A stretch of 38,490 bases of DNA from an uncultured Eubacteriales bacterium (GCA_902790115.1 CADAQS010000001.1:1-38490); one strand, 5' to 3'; positions 8,134-18,067 are shown, counted from the first letter of the stretch. Numbers and translations: made by a program. Notes: generated by a model not told the origin, from the letters alone.

Positions 8134-9738
8134 TCAATGTTCCCGTTGTGCGCGCTGCTGCATCGCGGCTTCGATAAACGCGAGAAACAGCGGATGCGGC
8201 CTGATCGGCCGGCTTAAAAATTCCGGATGGTACTGCACGCCGATGTAGAACGGAAGATCGCTCCGCTCCGCCGCCTCCACGAGCCGCCCGTCCGGCGAAA
8301 TGCCCGAAAAAGTCAGTCCCGCATCGGTCATCTGCTGTCGGAACACATTGTTGACTTCATAGCGGTGCCGGTGGCGCTCCGCGATCCACTCCTGCCGATA
8401 GCAGCGCATCAGCACGGTATTCGGCTGCACCGCGCACGAATAGCTGCCGAGCCGCAGCGTGCCGCCCTTGTCCACCTCGTCGCTCTGTCCCGGCATAAAG
8501 TCGATGACCTTGTGCGCGCTGTCCGGATCGAACTCCCCTGAATTCGCGTCCGCATAGCCGAGCACGTTCCGCGCATACTCGATGCAGAGCACCTGCATGC
8601 CGAGGCAAATGCCGAAATACGGCACGGCGTGCGTTCGCGCATAGCCCGCCGCCGCGATCATGCCCTCGATCCCGCGGCTCCCGAATCCGCCCGGCACCAG
8701 GATGCCGTCGCAGTCCCGGACCGCTTCGGGCGTGAACGTCTCCGAATCGACCCAGCGGATGTTGACCCGCACGCCTTTTTGATAACCGGCGTGATGCAGC
8801 GCTTCGACGATCGACAGATACGCGTCGTGCAGCTGCGTATACTTTCCGACCAGCGCGATCTCCGTGCAGCCCTTCGGATGCCGGATCCGATCGACCATCG
8901 TGCTCCATTCCGTTAAATCGGGTTCCGCCGCCTCGATGCCGAGCTTGCGGCACACGATGCCGGAAAAGTGCGCCTGCTCGAGGTACAGCGGCGCTTCGTA
9001 CAGGATCGGCAGCGTGAGGTTTTCGATCACGCAGTCGCGCTCGACGTTGCAGAAGTTGGCGATCTTGTCAAAAATCGACGGATCGGTGATCGGCTCGTCG
9101 CACCGGAGCACGATGATGTCCGGCGAGATGCCGATCCCCTGCAGTTCCTTGACCGAGTGCTGCGTCGGCTTGGATTTGTGTTCCCCGCTCGCCCGCAGGT
9201 ACGGCACGAGCGTCACATGGATGTACAGCGCGTTGTCGCGCCCGACCTCGCGCCCGACCTGCCGGATCGCCTCCAAAAACGGCTGTCCCTCGATGTCGCC
9301 GGTCGTGCCGCCGATCTCGGTGATCACGACGTCGGCGTTCGTGTTCTCGCCGACCCGGTAGATGAACCGCTTGATCTCGTCGGTGATGTGCGGGATCGTC
9401 TGCACGGTCTTGCCGAGATAGCCGCCCTGCCGCTCGCGCGCGAGCACGTTCGCGTAGACCTTGCCGGTCGTCAGATTGGAATACCGGTTGAGGTTCTCGT
9501 CGATGAACCGCTCATAGTGTCCGAGGTCGAGGTCGGTCTCCGCGCCGTCGTCGGTCACGTAGACCTCGCCGTGCTGATACGGACTCATCGTGCCCGGATC
9601 GACGTTGATGTACGGATCGAGCTTCTGCGCCGCGACCTTGAGGCCGCGCGCCTTCAGGAGCCTTCCGAGCGACGCCGCCGTAATGCCCTTGCCGAGCCCC
9701 GATACGACGCCGCCCGTTACAAAGATGTATTTTTTCAT
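8134..9738 (-). CDS. pyrG: CTP synthase
   Basis: [63 protein letters not shown]. Confidence 0.97.
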   Translation of the reverse strand: MKKYIFVTGGVVSGLGKGITAASLGRLLKARGLKVAAQKLDPYINVDPGTMSPYQHGEVYVTDDGAETDLDLGHYERFIDENLNRYSNLTTGKVYANVLARERQGGYLGKTVQTIPHITDEIKRFIYRVGENTNADVVITEIGGTTGDIEGQPFLEAIRQVGREVGRDNALYIHVTLVPYLRASGEHKSKPTQHSVKELQGIGISPDIIVLRCDEPITDPSIFDKIANFCNVERDCVIENLTLPILYEAPLYLEQAHFSGIVCRKLGIEAAEPDLTEWSTMVDRIRHPKGCTEIALVGKYTQLHDAYLSIVEALHHAGYQKGVRVNIRWVDSETFTPEAVRDCDGILVPGGFGSRGIEGMIAAAGYARTHAVPYFGICLGMQVLCIEYARNVLGYADANSGEFDPDSAHKVIDFMPGQSDEVDKGGTLRLGSYSCAVQPNTVLMRCYRQEWIAERHRHRYEVNNVFRQQMTDAGLTFSGISPDGRLVEAAERSDLPFYIGVQYHPEFLSRPIRPHPLFLAFIEAAMQQRAQREH

Positions 9739-9759
9739 ACCGATCCCTCCGGTCCCCGG

Positions 9760-9816
9760 AAAACAGCGCGGGCGCTCACTCGGGGGGTTGTTCCCCCGGA
9801 TGAACGCCCGTCGTTC
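9760..9816 (-). terminator. Terminator-like/attenuator hairpin in the pyrG leader, with competing small hairpin
   Basis: CGGGCGUUCA..CGGGGG-AACAAC-CCCCCG..UGAGCGCCCG (9769-9810; the G-U pair only works on the minus strand), then CGCUGUUUU; alternative GAACG-ACGGG-CGUUC (9802-9816) overlaps the 5' arm. Confidence 0.6.
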
Positions 9817-9871
9817 AACTTTCTTGTTCCGATATGCGGCCTGCGGCCTTGTCTTCGGTTTTTTTCAGCAT
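9815..9871 (-). CDS. Putative leaderless leader peptide [18 protein letters not shown] (18 aa)
   Basis: ATG starts at the 7th nt after TATAAT (predicted +1); TGA overlaps the competing leader hairpin. Confidence 0.4.
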   Translation of the reverse strand: MLKKTEDKAAGRISEQES

Positions 9872-9877
9872 GGGAAA

Positions 9878-9907
9878 ATTATAACGGCACGCCCCGAATT
9901 TTGTCAA
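9878..9907 (-). promoter_or_regulatory. sigmaA promoter of pyrG-glnA
   Basis: TTGACA(9907-9902)-N18-TATAAT(9883-9878). Confidence 0.8.
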
Positions 9908-9946
9908 GGCGCGCCGCTATACTTTTTCACATATATTACTTATGCC

Positions 9947-11380
9947 CTACTGCAGAAACAGCGCGCGTTTTTCGGCGTCGAGCCGATCGAGCTTGTTCGT
10001 GTAGGTCGGAACGTCCTTCGGTGCGGCGATGCGTTCGACGCGCCGTTCGGCGTTGAAGATGCGCTTGGTCATCGCGTTTGCGCCGTGCGCGAGGATCGAG
10101 GTCGTCTCCTCCATCATATCGATGTTGTAGACGCAGATCGTGCCGCGTCCGGCATAGCCGACGTTTTCGAGGTTGCCGTTCTGGTACTTCTGCCGGTACA
10201 GGTAGTACGGCCAGAGGCCCATGCTCTTCGCCGCGGCAAAGCCCATATCGATCATCTTCGTGACCGCTTCCTTTTCGGGCAGCGGATACTGTTCGAGCTG
10301 CTCCTTGAGCCGGCTCGACCGCTTGATCGCAAGCGTATGCACGGTCAGGTTATCGGGTCGGAGCTTACAGATCCCGTCCAGCGTCCGGGCGAAATCGTCC
10401 TCGGTTTCGCCGGGCAGTCCCGCGATCAGATCCATGTTGATCGACGCAAAACCGACCTCGCGCGCAAGAAGGAACGTTTCTTCGATCTGCTCTTTGGTAT
10501 GCGCTCTGCCGATGCGGCGCAGCGTTTCGTTGTTCATCGTCTGCGGATTGACCGAGATGCGCCCGACGCCGTGTTTTTTCAGCACTTCGAGCTTTTCGCG
10601 CGTGATCGTATCGGGACGGCCCGCCTCCACGGTGCATTCGCTGCCGTAGCCGCCGTACACGGATTCGAGGTGATCGAGCAGCCGGTCAAGCTGTTCCGCC
10701 GTTAAAACGGTCGGCGTTCCGCCGCCGATGTAGCACGCGCGAAGGTTCCATCCGCCTTCGCGCAGCAGCTGTCCGCCGCGCGAGATGTCCTCGAACAGGG
10801 GAACCAGGTACGCCTCGGTCGAAGCGCCTTTTGCGATCTCCGCGCCGAACGAGCAGTACAGGCAGCGCGTCCTGCAGTACGGAATGCCGACGTAAACGTC
10901 CAGGTCGCGCTCCCCTGCCGATTCCAGATACGGCTTCTGCACGGCGTTGATCGTCGCGGCGAGCCGCAGCTTGTCCTCGCTGACCGAAAAGACCTCCCGG
11001 AACTGGCGCACCGCCTCCCTCTCGCCGTACCGCGCGGCAAGATCGCGCAGCAGCTTGGTCGGACGGATGCCGGTGAGGCTTCCCCACGGCATGTCCGCGG
11101 GACAGACCTTCTGCAGCAGCGCATAGGCGACGCGCTTGACCGCGCGCTTTTGCTGCCGCTTGCGCTCCAAAGGATCGCCGCCGTCGGGCAGCACGGCAAA
11201 GCCCGCGCTCTGCCCGTTCAGCGTGCCGCCTGCGAAAAGATGCGCCTCGTCAAGCGTGATCGTCATGCAAAATTGGGCGTCCGGGGCGTCGGGACGGATC
11301 TCGACCGCGCCCAAAAAGAGCCGGATCTCCTCGGCGATGTCGTTTTCGTATTGCGGGACGTTGGTCACGAGTTGAACCAT
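9947..11380 (-). CDS. hemZ: Radical SAM coproporphyrinogen dehydrogenase-like protein HemZ
   Basis: PWGSLTGIRPTKL, CxxxCxxC (CRTRCLYC), YIGGGTPT, TVEAGRPD, PYYLYRQK..GNLENVGY; rel-dtd-MBL-hemZ synteny. Confidence 0.92.
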   Translation of the reverse strand: MVQLVTNVPQYENDIAEEIRLFLGAVEIRPDAPDAQFCMTITLDEAHLFAGGTLNGQSAGFAVLPDGGDPLERKRQQKRAVKRVAYALLQKVCPADMPWGSLTGIRPTKLLRDLAARYGEREAVRQFREVFSVSEDKLRLAATINAVQKPYLESAGERDLDVYVGIPYCRTRCLYCSFGAEIAKGASTEAYLVPLFEDISRGGQLLREGGWNLRACYIGGGTPTVLTAEQLDRLLDHLESVYGGYGSECTVEAGRPDTITREKLEVLKKHGVGRISVNPQTMNNETLRRIGRAHTKEQIEETFLLAREVGFASINMDLIAGLPGETEDDFARTLDGICKLRPDNLTVHTLAIKRSSRLKEQLEQYPLPEKEAVTKMIDMGFAAAKSMGLWPYYLYRQKYQNGNLENVGYAGRGTICVYNIDMMEETTSILAHGANAMTKRIFNAERRVERIAAPKDVPTYTNKLDRLDAEKRALFLQ

Positions 11381-12012
11381 GGATTCCTCCGGTAGGGCAA
11401 AAGGGGATTGTGTTCGCGCTCATGCGCGACCGTCGTCGGGTCGCCGTGACCCGGGTAAAGCGTAAAGTCCTTCGGCAGCGCAAGCACCCGATCGCAGACC
11501 GAGCGCATCAGCTCGCGCATGTTCCCGCCGGGCAGGTCGGTCCGGCCGACGCCCTCCAAAAACACCGTGTCGCCGGTGAACGCGAGTTTCTGTTCTTCGC
11601 ACACATAGCAGACGCCGCCCGGCGTATGTCCCGGCGTGTGCAGCACCGAAAACGTATACCCGGCCGCCGAAACCGTTTCGCCGTCCGCAACGAGCCGGGT
11701 CGGCTCCGACGGCACAAGCTCGCCGCCCATCCATGCCGCGCGGCATTCGTCCGGATCGGACAGGCACTTTGCGTCGAGCGAATGGATCAGCACCGCGCAG
11801 CCGCGCAGGCTTTTCAGCTCGCCCGCGCCCGCGATGTGGTCAAAATGCCCGTGCGTCAGAAGGATGTGCGTCGGGCGCAGCCGAAACTTCAGCAGCGCCT
11901 GCATCGCGGTGCCGGCGTCGGACGGGTCGATCACCGCCGCGTCGCAACCCTCGCCGCGCGAGAGAATATAGCAGTTGGCCTCCAAAGGCCCCATCGGTAC
12001 GGTCAGCAGCAT
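11365..12012 (-). CDS. MBL-fold metallo-hydrolase (glyoxalase II/YcbL-like)
   Basis: THGHFDH, HTPGHTPG, FTGDTVF..GVGRTDLPGG, YPGHG; TGATG stop/start overlap with dtd. Confidence 0.92.
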   Translation of the reverse strand: MLLTVPMGPLEANCYILSRGEGCDAAVIDPSDAGTAMQALLKFRLRPTHILLTHGHFDHIAGAGELKSLRGCAVLIHSLDAKCLSDPDECRAAWMGGELVPSEPTRLVADGETVSAAGYTFSVLHTPGHTPGGVCYVCEEQKLAFTGDTVFLEGVGRTDLPGGNMRELMRSVCDRVLALPKDFTLYPGHGDPTTVAHEREHNPLLPYRRNPWFNS

Positions 12013-12458
12013 CAGAACGTCCTCCGCGAATCGAGCAGGATCGTGAACGGCCCGTCGTTGCAAAGCGAAACCTTCATGTCCGCGCCGAACACGCCGGTCT
12101 CGACCGGAACGCTCGCTTTGAGCCGTTCGATGCAGCGCTCGTACAGCGGAATCGCCGTTTCGGGACGCGCCGCATGGATATAGCTCGGACGGCGTCCCTT
12201 TCGCGCGTCGCCCAGCAGCGTGAACTGCGAAATCAAAAGGATCTTCCCGCCGACGTCGAGCACCGACCGGTTCGGAACGCCGTTTTCGTCGTCAAAGATC
12301 CGAAGCCCGATCAGCTTGTCGCAAAGGTAATCCGCGTCGGCTTCGGTGTCGCTGACATCGATGCCGAGCAGCACGCAAAGTCCCTTTTCGATCGCGCCGA
12401 CGCATGCGCCGTCGATCTCCACCTTCGCGCCGTCGGCGCGCTGCACCACTGCTCGCAT
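12012..12458 (-). CDS. dtd: D-aminoacyl-tRNA deacylase
   Basis: MRAVVQR, LRIFDD, SQFTL, KGRRPS, TGVFGADM.V.L.NDGPFT. Confidence 0.96.
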   Translation of the reverse strand: MRAVVQRADGAKVEIDGACVGAIEKGLCVLLGIDVSDTEADADYLCDKLIGLRIFDDENGVPNRSVLDVGGKILLISQFTLLGDARKGRRPSYIHAARPETAIPLYERCIERLKASVPVETGVFGADMKVSLCNDGPFTILLDSRRTF

Positions 12459-12507
12459 ACAAAAACTCCTGTCATACCGTTTCGGCGATGGGTTCGCCTA
12501 AACTATA

Positions 12508-12536
12508 ATTATACCATGCCTGAAAAGCCAAGGCAA
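12508..12536 (-). promoter_or_regulatory. sigmaA promoter of dtd-MBL-hemZ
   Basis: TTGCCT-N17-TATAAT with extended -10 TG. Confidence 0.65.
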
Positions 12537-12554
12537 GTACCGCGTCCCAAAACG

Positions 12555-12583
12555 AAAAAACCGCGGGCAAAAGCCTGCGGTTT
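12555..12583 (-). terminator. Intrinsic terminator after rel
   Basis: aaaccgcgggc-aaaa-gcctgcggttt stem with T6 on the minus strand. Confidence 0.75.
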
Positions 12584-12595
12584 GAAAAGTCCGGT

Positions 12596-14791
12596 TCAGA
12601 TGCGGTAGACGTCGATGACCTCGGGCAGCTTTTTGAGGTTGTTCATAATGACCTTGAGCTGTTCGCTGCCGGTGACCGTGAACGTCATGTCCATGATCGC
12701 GTCGCCCTCCTCGGTCGAGCGGCTGACAAGGTTCGTCATGTTGACGTTGAGGCTTAAGAGAACCTTGCTGACCTCCATCAGCGATCCCGCCTTGTCCACG
12801 ACGCGGACGCGGATCGCCGCCGAGAACGAGGTCTTCTCCTCCGCCGCCCATTCGACCTCGATGATGCGGTCGGTCTCCTTCAAAAGATTCTGCGCGTTCA
12901 CGCAGTCGGCGCGATGCACCGAAACGCCCCTGCCGCGCGTGATGTAGCCGATGATCGGATCGCCGGGCAGCGGGTTGCAGCACGACGCGAAGAACACGGC
13001 CATGCCCGGATCGCCGTACACATAGACGCCGTTCGTGTTCGTGCGGTGCGCAGGCTTTTGCGGCTCCTTGCCCGCCTCCTCCAGCTTGCGGTTGATCGCG
13101 CTGAGGCGCTCGTCCTTCCGGTACAGGTCCATCAGCTTGTGCAGAACCTGTCCCGCCGTGATGCCGCCGAAGCCGATCGTCGCATACAGATCCTCGACCG
13201 TCGCGATCGTCATGCGCTTGATGACCTCGTTGTAATACTCCGGCTTCATCAGCTGCGCAAGGTTCTGCCCGTGGCGCTTGGCGGTCTCCTCGAGCATGTC
13301 GCGCCCGCGCTGGATGTTCTCCTCGCGGTTTTCGCGCTTGAACCACTGGCGGATCTTGTTCTTGGCGGACTGCGTTTTGACGATCGACAGCCAGTCGCGG
13401 CTCGGCCCGACCTGCGCGTTCGAGGTCAGAATCTCAACGACGTCGTTCGTTTTGAGCTTGTAATCGAGCCGAACCATGTTGCCGTTGACGCGCGCGTGCT
13501 GGCAGTGGTGTCCGACGTTCGTATGGATGCGGTAGGCAAAGTCGAGCGGCGTCGAGCCGACCGGCAGATCGATGATCTCGCCGCGCGGCGTCAGCACGAA
13601 GACGTACTCGCCGAGGAAGTCCTTGAGCACGTTTTCGACGAACTCCTTGCTGTCCTCGGTCGTCTCTTCGGCTTCGATGATCTGCTTGATCAGCGACGTT
13701 TTCTGATCGAGCTCGGTCATGACCTTCTTGTCGTCCTTGTACATCCAGTGCGCCGCGATGCCGTACTCGGCGGTCTCGTGCATCTCGTGCGTGCGGATCT
13801 GGATCTCGAACGGAATGCCGTTCTCGTTCATGACCGTCGTATGCAGCGAGCGGTACATGTTCGGCTTCGGCATGGCGATATAGTCCTTGAACCGGCCCGG
13901 CATCGGCTTCCACGTCGCATGGACGACGCCGAGCGCCGCGTAGCAGTCGTTGACCGTATCGACGATGATGCGGATCGCGATCAGATCGTACAGCTCGTTG
14001 AGCTTGTAGTTGTTGCGCTGCATCTTGCGGTAGGTCGAATACAGATGCTTCGGCCGGCCGGAGATCTCGCCGTGGATGTTCGCCTCGTCGAGCAGCTTTC
14101 GCATCAGCTCCATCGCGCTGTTCAGAACCTCCATGCGCTCATGCTGCTGTTCGGAGACCTCGGCGCTGAGCTTCGCAAACTCCTCGGGCATCAGATAGCG
14201 GAACGAGAGATCCTCAAGCTCCGACCGGATCACGCCCATACCGAAGCGGTCCGCAAGCGGCGCGTAGACTTCGAGCGTCTCCTTGGCCTTGCGCGCCTGC
14301 TTTTCGGGCGTGCAGTAGGCGAGCGTGCGCATGTTGTGCAGCCGGTCCGCGAGCTTGATGATCACGACGCGCACATCCGACGCGATCGAAAGGAACAGCT
14401 TCCGGAGGTTTTCGGTCTGCTCCTGCTTTTTGGTAATATAGGTCTGGTTGCCGGATTTGGTCAGCTTGGTAACGCCGTCCACCAAAAACGCGACTTCCTT
14501 TCCGAAGCGCGTTTCGATGTCGGCCGTCTGAATGTTGTCGCCGTCCTCGACGGTGTCGTGCAGCACGCCCGCGATCACGGTCGGCGCGTCCATGCCCATC
14601 TCCAGAAGGTACTGCGACACGGTCAACGGGTGCGTGACATACGGACCACCGGCGTCGCGCCGCTGGTTGCAGTGTACGCGCTCGGCGAACTCGATCGCCG
14701 CGCGCATCCGTTCGCCCGCCTCGAACCCGAACTTTTTCCGGAATCCGTCCAGCAGGCTCTGTTTTAACTCTGTCACACCGTAGTCTTCCAT
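12596..14791 (-). CDS. relA: Bifunctional (p)ppGpp synthetase/hydrolase (long RSH, Rel)
   Basis: HD hydrolase (LHDTVED), KLADRLHNMRTL, GRPKHLYS, RFKDY, YRSLHT, EIQIRT, TGS (TPLDFAYRIHT), CCNPLPGD and ACT domains; start ATG 14791 or GTG 14794. Confidence 0.96.
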   Translation of the reverse strand: MEDYGVTELKQSLLDGFRKKFGFEAGERMRAAIEFAERVHCNQRRDAGGPYVTHPLTVSQYLLEMGMDAPTVIAGVLHDTVEDGDNIQTADIETRFGKEVAFLVDGVTKLTKSGNQTYITKKQEQTENLRKLFLSIASDVRVVIIKLADRLHNMRTLAYCTPEKQARKAKETLEVYAPLADRFGMGVIRSELEDLSFRYLMPEEFAKLSAEVSEQQHERMEVLNSAMELMRKLLDEANIHGEISGRPKHLYSTYRKMQRNNYKLNELYDLIAIRIIVDTVNDCYAALGVVHATWKPMPGRFKDYIAMPKPNMYRSLHTTVMNENGIPFEIQIRTHEMHETAEYGIAAHWMYKDDKKVMTELDQKTSLIKQIIEAEETTEDSKEFVENVLKDFLGEYVFVLTPRGEIIDLPVGSTPLDFAYRIHTNVGHHCQHARVNGNMVRLDYKLKTNDVVEILTSNAQVGPSRDWLSIVKTQSAKNKIRQWFKRENREENIQRGRDMLEETAKRHGQNLAQLMKPEYYNEVIKRMTIATVEDLYATIGFGGITAGQVLHKLMDLYRKDERLSAINRKLEEAGKEPQKPAHRTNTNGVYVYGDPGMAVFFASCCNPLPGDPIIGYITRGRGVSVHRADCVNAQNLLKETDRIIEVEWAAEEKTSFSAAIRVRVVDKAGSLMEVSKVLLSLNVNMTNLVSRSTEEGDAIMDMTFTVTGSEQLKVIMNNLKKLPEVIDVYRI

Positions 14792-14807
14792 CACGATCCC
14801 TATTATA

Positions 14808-16784
14808 TTACGAATGCAGAGCACAATACAAGTGCCCGTTTGCAATTTGCTTCTTTTCGGTCACGATCTGTTCAAAAAACCGTCCGCCCGCACAGGCCGC
14901 AACGCCCGCTTCCGTCAGCACCAGCAGCGTCAAAAGCTCCTCCTCGGTCAGGCAGTCGCCCGCGATTCCGCGCCGCAGCCGCGGCCGCAGCCGCACAAAG
15001 ATGCGCCGCATCGCGTTTTCGTCCGGCCGCTTGGAAGAATGCTCTGCGACCGCGCGCGCCGTCGCGTCGTCCGGCTTTCGCAAAAACGCGTCCGCCGCAT
15101 CCCAAAGTCCGTCCAAAAGCGCGCAGCGCAGCGCCGACAGGTATGCGTTGACGGATTCCACCTCGCGGAACGTGTTCGTTTTCAGCGTCACAAGCGCTTC
15201 GACCTGCTTTGGCGCCTGCCAGTCGGCAAACCGGTTTCCGAGCCGGAATCCGACCAGCCGCAGCTTCCGTTTCCCGTCGGACAGCGACGCCGAAAGGTGC
15301 GCGCCCTCGCGCCCCATCTGGGAAGCGTCAAAAAGCGTACCTTTCAGCAGGAACACCGGCTCGCGGTTGCCCTCGCCGAACGGTGCAAGCCGGGAAAGCT
15401 CACGGCACAGCTCCGGCGTGCATTCGGAGAGCGCGAGCGTGTCCTCATACAGGAGCGGCGCGCGCTCCAGCCCGTTTGGGAAGCGCTCCGAAAGCGTCCG
15501 CATCAGCGCCTTCCGGCACGGGTCGAACGATTCGGGCGGCATCGCGGCGCCCGCCGCGAGCGCATGCCCGCCGAACCGCGTGAAAAACGCCGCATGCTCC
15601 GACAGCAGCGCGAACAGATCGACCGGCGGAATGCTCCGCCCCGACCCGACCAGCTCGCCGCCGAGCCGCGTAAACAGCAGCACCGGGCAGCCGTACTGCT
15701 CTAAAATGCGCGACGCGACGATCCCGATCACGCCGGGATTCCAGTCCTCGCCGCACAGCATCAGGATCCGGTGCTCCGCGCTCGGATCGATCTGGCGCTC
15801 CGCTTCGGTCAGGATGCGCTGCTCCTCGCGCTTTCGGGCGGCGTTTGCCGCGTCGAGCTCCGCCGCAAAGTGCAGCCGCGCCGGTTCATCCGCCGCGATC
15901 AGCAGATCCACAGCGCGGCGCGCATCGCCCATGCGTCCCGCGGCGTTGATCCGCGGCGCGATCAGAAATGCGAGCGTCGTTTCCGTGACCGGCTGTCCTC
16001 CCGCGCCCGCCGCGTCGAGCAAAGCGGCAAGTCCCGGTTCCGTCCCGAACAGGCGCACCCCGCGCGCCACGATCGTGCGGTTGAAGCCGACCAGCGGCAT
16101 CACGTCCGCAACCGTCGCAAGCGCGGCGATCGCCAAAAACCGCTCCGCGCCGCAGCCGAGCCGCATCGCCAGCAGCAGCGCGACCGCGCCGCCGCAGAGC
16201 GACGCCGCGCGCGGATCCTGCCCGGGGCGCGTCGCGCAGACGACCGCCGCCGCATCGGGCAGCGTGTCGTGGCAGCGGTGATGGTCGGTCACGACGACCT
16301 CCATGCCGAGCGAACGGCACAGTTCGATCTCCGCATGCGCCGAAATGCCGTTGTCCACGGTCACAAGCAGCTCCGTGCCTTTTTGGGCAAGCGTTCGGAC
16401 GCTGTCGGGGTGCATACCGTAGCCCTCGGCGGCGCGCAGCGGAATATAATAGGAAACGTCGGCGCCGAGCGCGGTCAGCGCGCGGTACAAAATCGTCGTC
16501 GCGCAGACGCCGTCCACGTCGTAGTCGCCGTAGATGCAGATCCGTTTTTTCGCCCGGATCGCGGACAAAATCGTTTCCGCCGCACGGTCCATGTCGAGCA
16601 GAAGATCGGGATCCGGCAGCGGCAGTTCTTCGGGATGCAGATACGGATAGACGTCCTCCGCCCGCCGGCAGCCGCGCCGGTACAGCGCGCGCAAAAACGG
16701 CTCGGAAAAATCGCCCTCCGCGCGAAGGGCGTCGAGAACCGATTCCTCATACGGCTCCGAAAAGCTCTGCTCCCATGCTCTCAA
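14808..16784 (-). CDS. recJ: Single-stranded-DNA-specific exonuclease RecJ
   Basis: YGDYDVDG, EGYG, TVDNG, TDHH, APRINAAGR, GSGRS, FGGH..AAG, LAPFGEGN.EP; TTG start with GAAAGGA RBS. Confidence 0.94.
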   Translation of the reverse strand: MRAWEQSFSEPYEESVLDALRAEGDFSEPFLRALYRRGCRRAEDVYPYLHPEELPLPDPDLLLDMDRAAETILSAIRAKKRICIYGDYDVDGVCATTILYRALTALGADVSYYIPLRAAEGYGMHPDSVRTLAQKGTELLVTVDNGISAHAEIELCRSLGMEVVVTDHHRCHDTLPDAAAVVCATRPGQDPRAASLCGGAVALLLAMRLGCGAERFLAIAALATVADVMPLVGFNRTIVARGVRLFGTEPGLAALLDAAGAGGQPVTETTLAFLIAPRINAAGRMGDARRAVDLLIAADEPARLHFAAELDAANAARKREEQRILTEAERQIDPSAEHRILMLCGEDWNPGVIGIVASRILEQYGCPVLLFTRLGGELVGSGRSIPPVDLFALLSEHAAFFTRFGGHALAAGAAMPPESFDPCRKALMRTLSERFPNGLERAPLLYEDTLALSECTPELCRELSRLAPFGEGNREPVFLLKGTLFDASQMGREGAHLSASLSDGKRKLRLVGFRLGNRFADWQAPKQVEALVTLKTNTFREVESVNAYLSALRCALLDGLWDAADAFLRKPDDATARAVAEHSSKRPDENAMRRIFVRLRPRLRRGIAGDCLTEEELLTLLVLTEAGVAACAGGRFFEQIVTEKKQIANGHLYCALHS

Positions 16785-16801
16785 AGTTCCGATTCCTTTC
16801 C

Positions 16802-16845
16802 AAAAAACGGGACTGCAAGGGCAGAAAAGTCCCCTGCAGTCCGCG
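16802..16845 (-). terminator. Probable terminator after ackA
   Basis: ggactgca.ggg...ccc.tgcagtcc inverted repeat with T6 on the minus strand. Confidence 0.6.
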
Positions 16846-16854
16846 ATTGGTTCG

Positions 16855-18057
16855 TTACAGTGCGATCGACGCGGTATCGCGTGCGATGGCGAGTTCTTCG
16901 TTGGTCGGCAGAACCATGACCTTGACCCTGCTCGACGGCTTGGAGAGCACGATCTCCTCGCCGCGCGGCGCCGTGCGGTTCAGCTCGAAATCGAAGTCAA
17001 TGCCAAGGAAGTCCATATCCTGCATGATCAGCTCGCGCGTTGCGGCGTCGTTCTCGCCGACGCCCGCCGTGAACACGATGCAGTCCACGCCGTTCATCTC
17101 GGCCGCATAGGAGCCGATGTAGCGCTTGACGGCAAGCGCGAACATGTCGAGCGCGAGCGTTGCGCGCGCGTTGCCCTCCTTGCGGGCGGCCCACAGATCG
17201 CGGAAGTCGCTGGACACGCCGGAGATGCCGAGCATGCCGCTCTTCTTGTTCATCAGCGTATCGACTTCCTTGATCGACAGGTTCATCTTGTCCATCAAAA
17301 ACGGAACGATCGCCGGGTCGATGCTGCCGCAGCGCGTGCCCATCGGCAGACCTTCGAGCGGGGTCAGACCCATCGAGGTATCGACGCACTTGCCGCCGAT
17401 CGAGCAGCTCACGGACGAGCCGTTGCCGAGGTGGCAGGTGATGATCTTGACGTTGGGATCGCCCTCTCTTCCGAGGCGCTTGATCGCCTCGCCGGTGACG
17501 AACATGTGCGACGTGCCGTGGAAGCCGTAGCGGCGCACGGAATACTTCTCATACACCTCGTAGGGCAGCGCGTACTGGAACGTCTTCTGCGCCATGCTCA
17601 TGCCCCATGCGGTATCGAACACCGCGACCTGCGGCGTGTTCGGCATGGCCGCGCGGCAGGCGTTGATGCCCATCAGGTTGGCCGGATTGTGCAGCGGCCC
17701 GAGCGGGATGACCTCCTCGATCGCCGCGATGCACTTCTCGTCCACGAGCGCGGACGCCGTGAAGTTCGGACCGCCGTGCAGGACGCGGTGACCCACCGCC
17801 GCAACGTCGGCCATGTCCTTGATGACGCCGATCTTTTCGTCGGTCAGCACGCCGAGCACGAGCTCGATCGCCTGCTGATGCGTCGGCATCGGGGATTCCT
17901 GCTGGAACTTTTCGCCGCCGGTCGGCTGATAGGTCAGCTTGCCGTCGATGCCGATGCGCTCGCAAAGGCCTTTGGCGAGGACGGACTCGGTATCGATGTC
18001 GATCAGCTGGTACTTTAACGAGGAGCTGCCTGCGTTGATGATCAGAACGGTTCTCAT
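16855..18057 (-). CDS. ackA: Acetate kinase
   Basis: INAGSSSLKYQL, GHRVLHGG, PLHNPAN, RRYGFHGTSH, HLGNGSS, DTSMGLTPLEG, FTAGVGEN, PTNEEL. Confidence 0.97.
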   Translation of the reverse strand: MRTVLIINAGSSSLKYQLIDIDTESVLAKGLCERIGIDGKLTYQPTGGEKFQQESPMPTHQQAIELVLGVLTDEKIGVIKDMADVAAVGHRVLHGGPNFTASALVDEKCIAAIEEVIPLGPLHNPANLMGINACRAAMPNTPQVAVFDTAWGMSMAQKTFQYALPYEVYEKYSVRRYGFHGTSHMFVTGEAIKRLGREGDPNVKIITCHLGNGSSVSCSIGGKCVDTSMGLTPLEGLPMGTRCGSIDPAIVPFLMDKMNLSIKEVDTLMNKKSGMLGISGVSSDFRDLWAARKEGNARATLALDMFALAVKRYIGSYAAEMNGVDCIVFTAGVGENDAATRELIMQDMDFLGIDFDFELNRTAPRGEEIVLSKPSSRVKVMVLPTNEELAIARDTASIAL

Positions 18058-18067
18058 GGCTGCCTCC

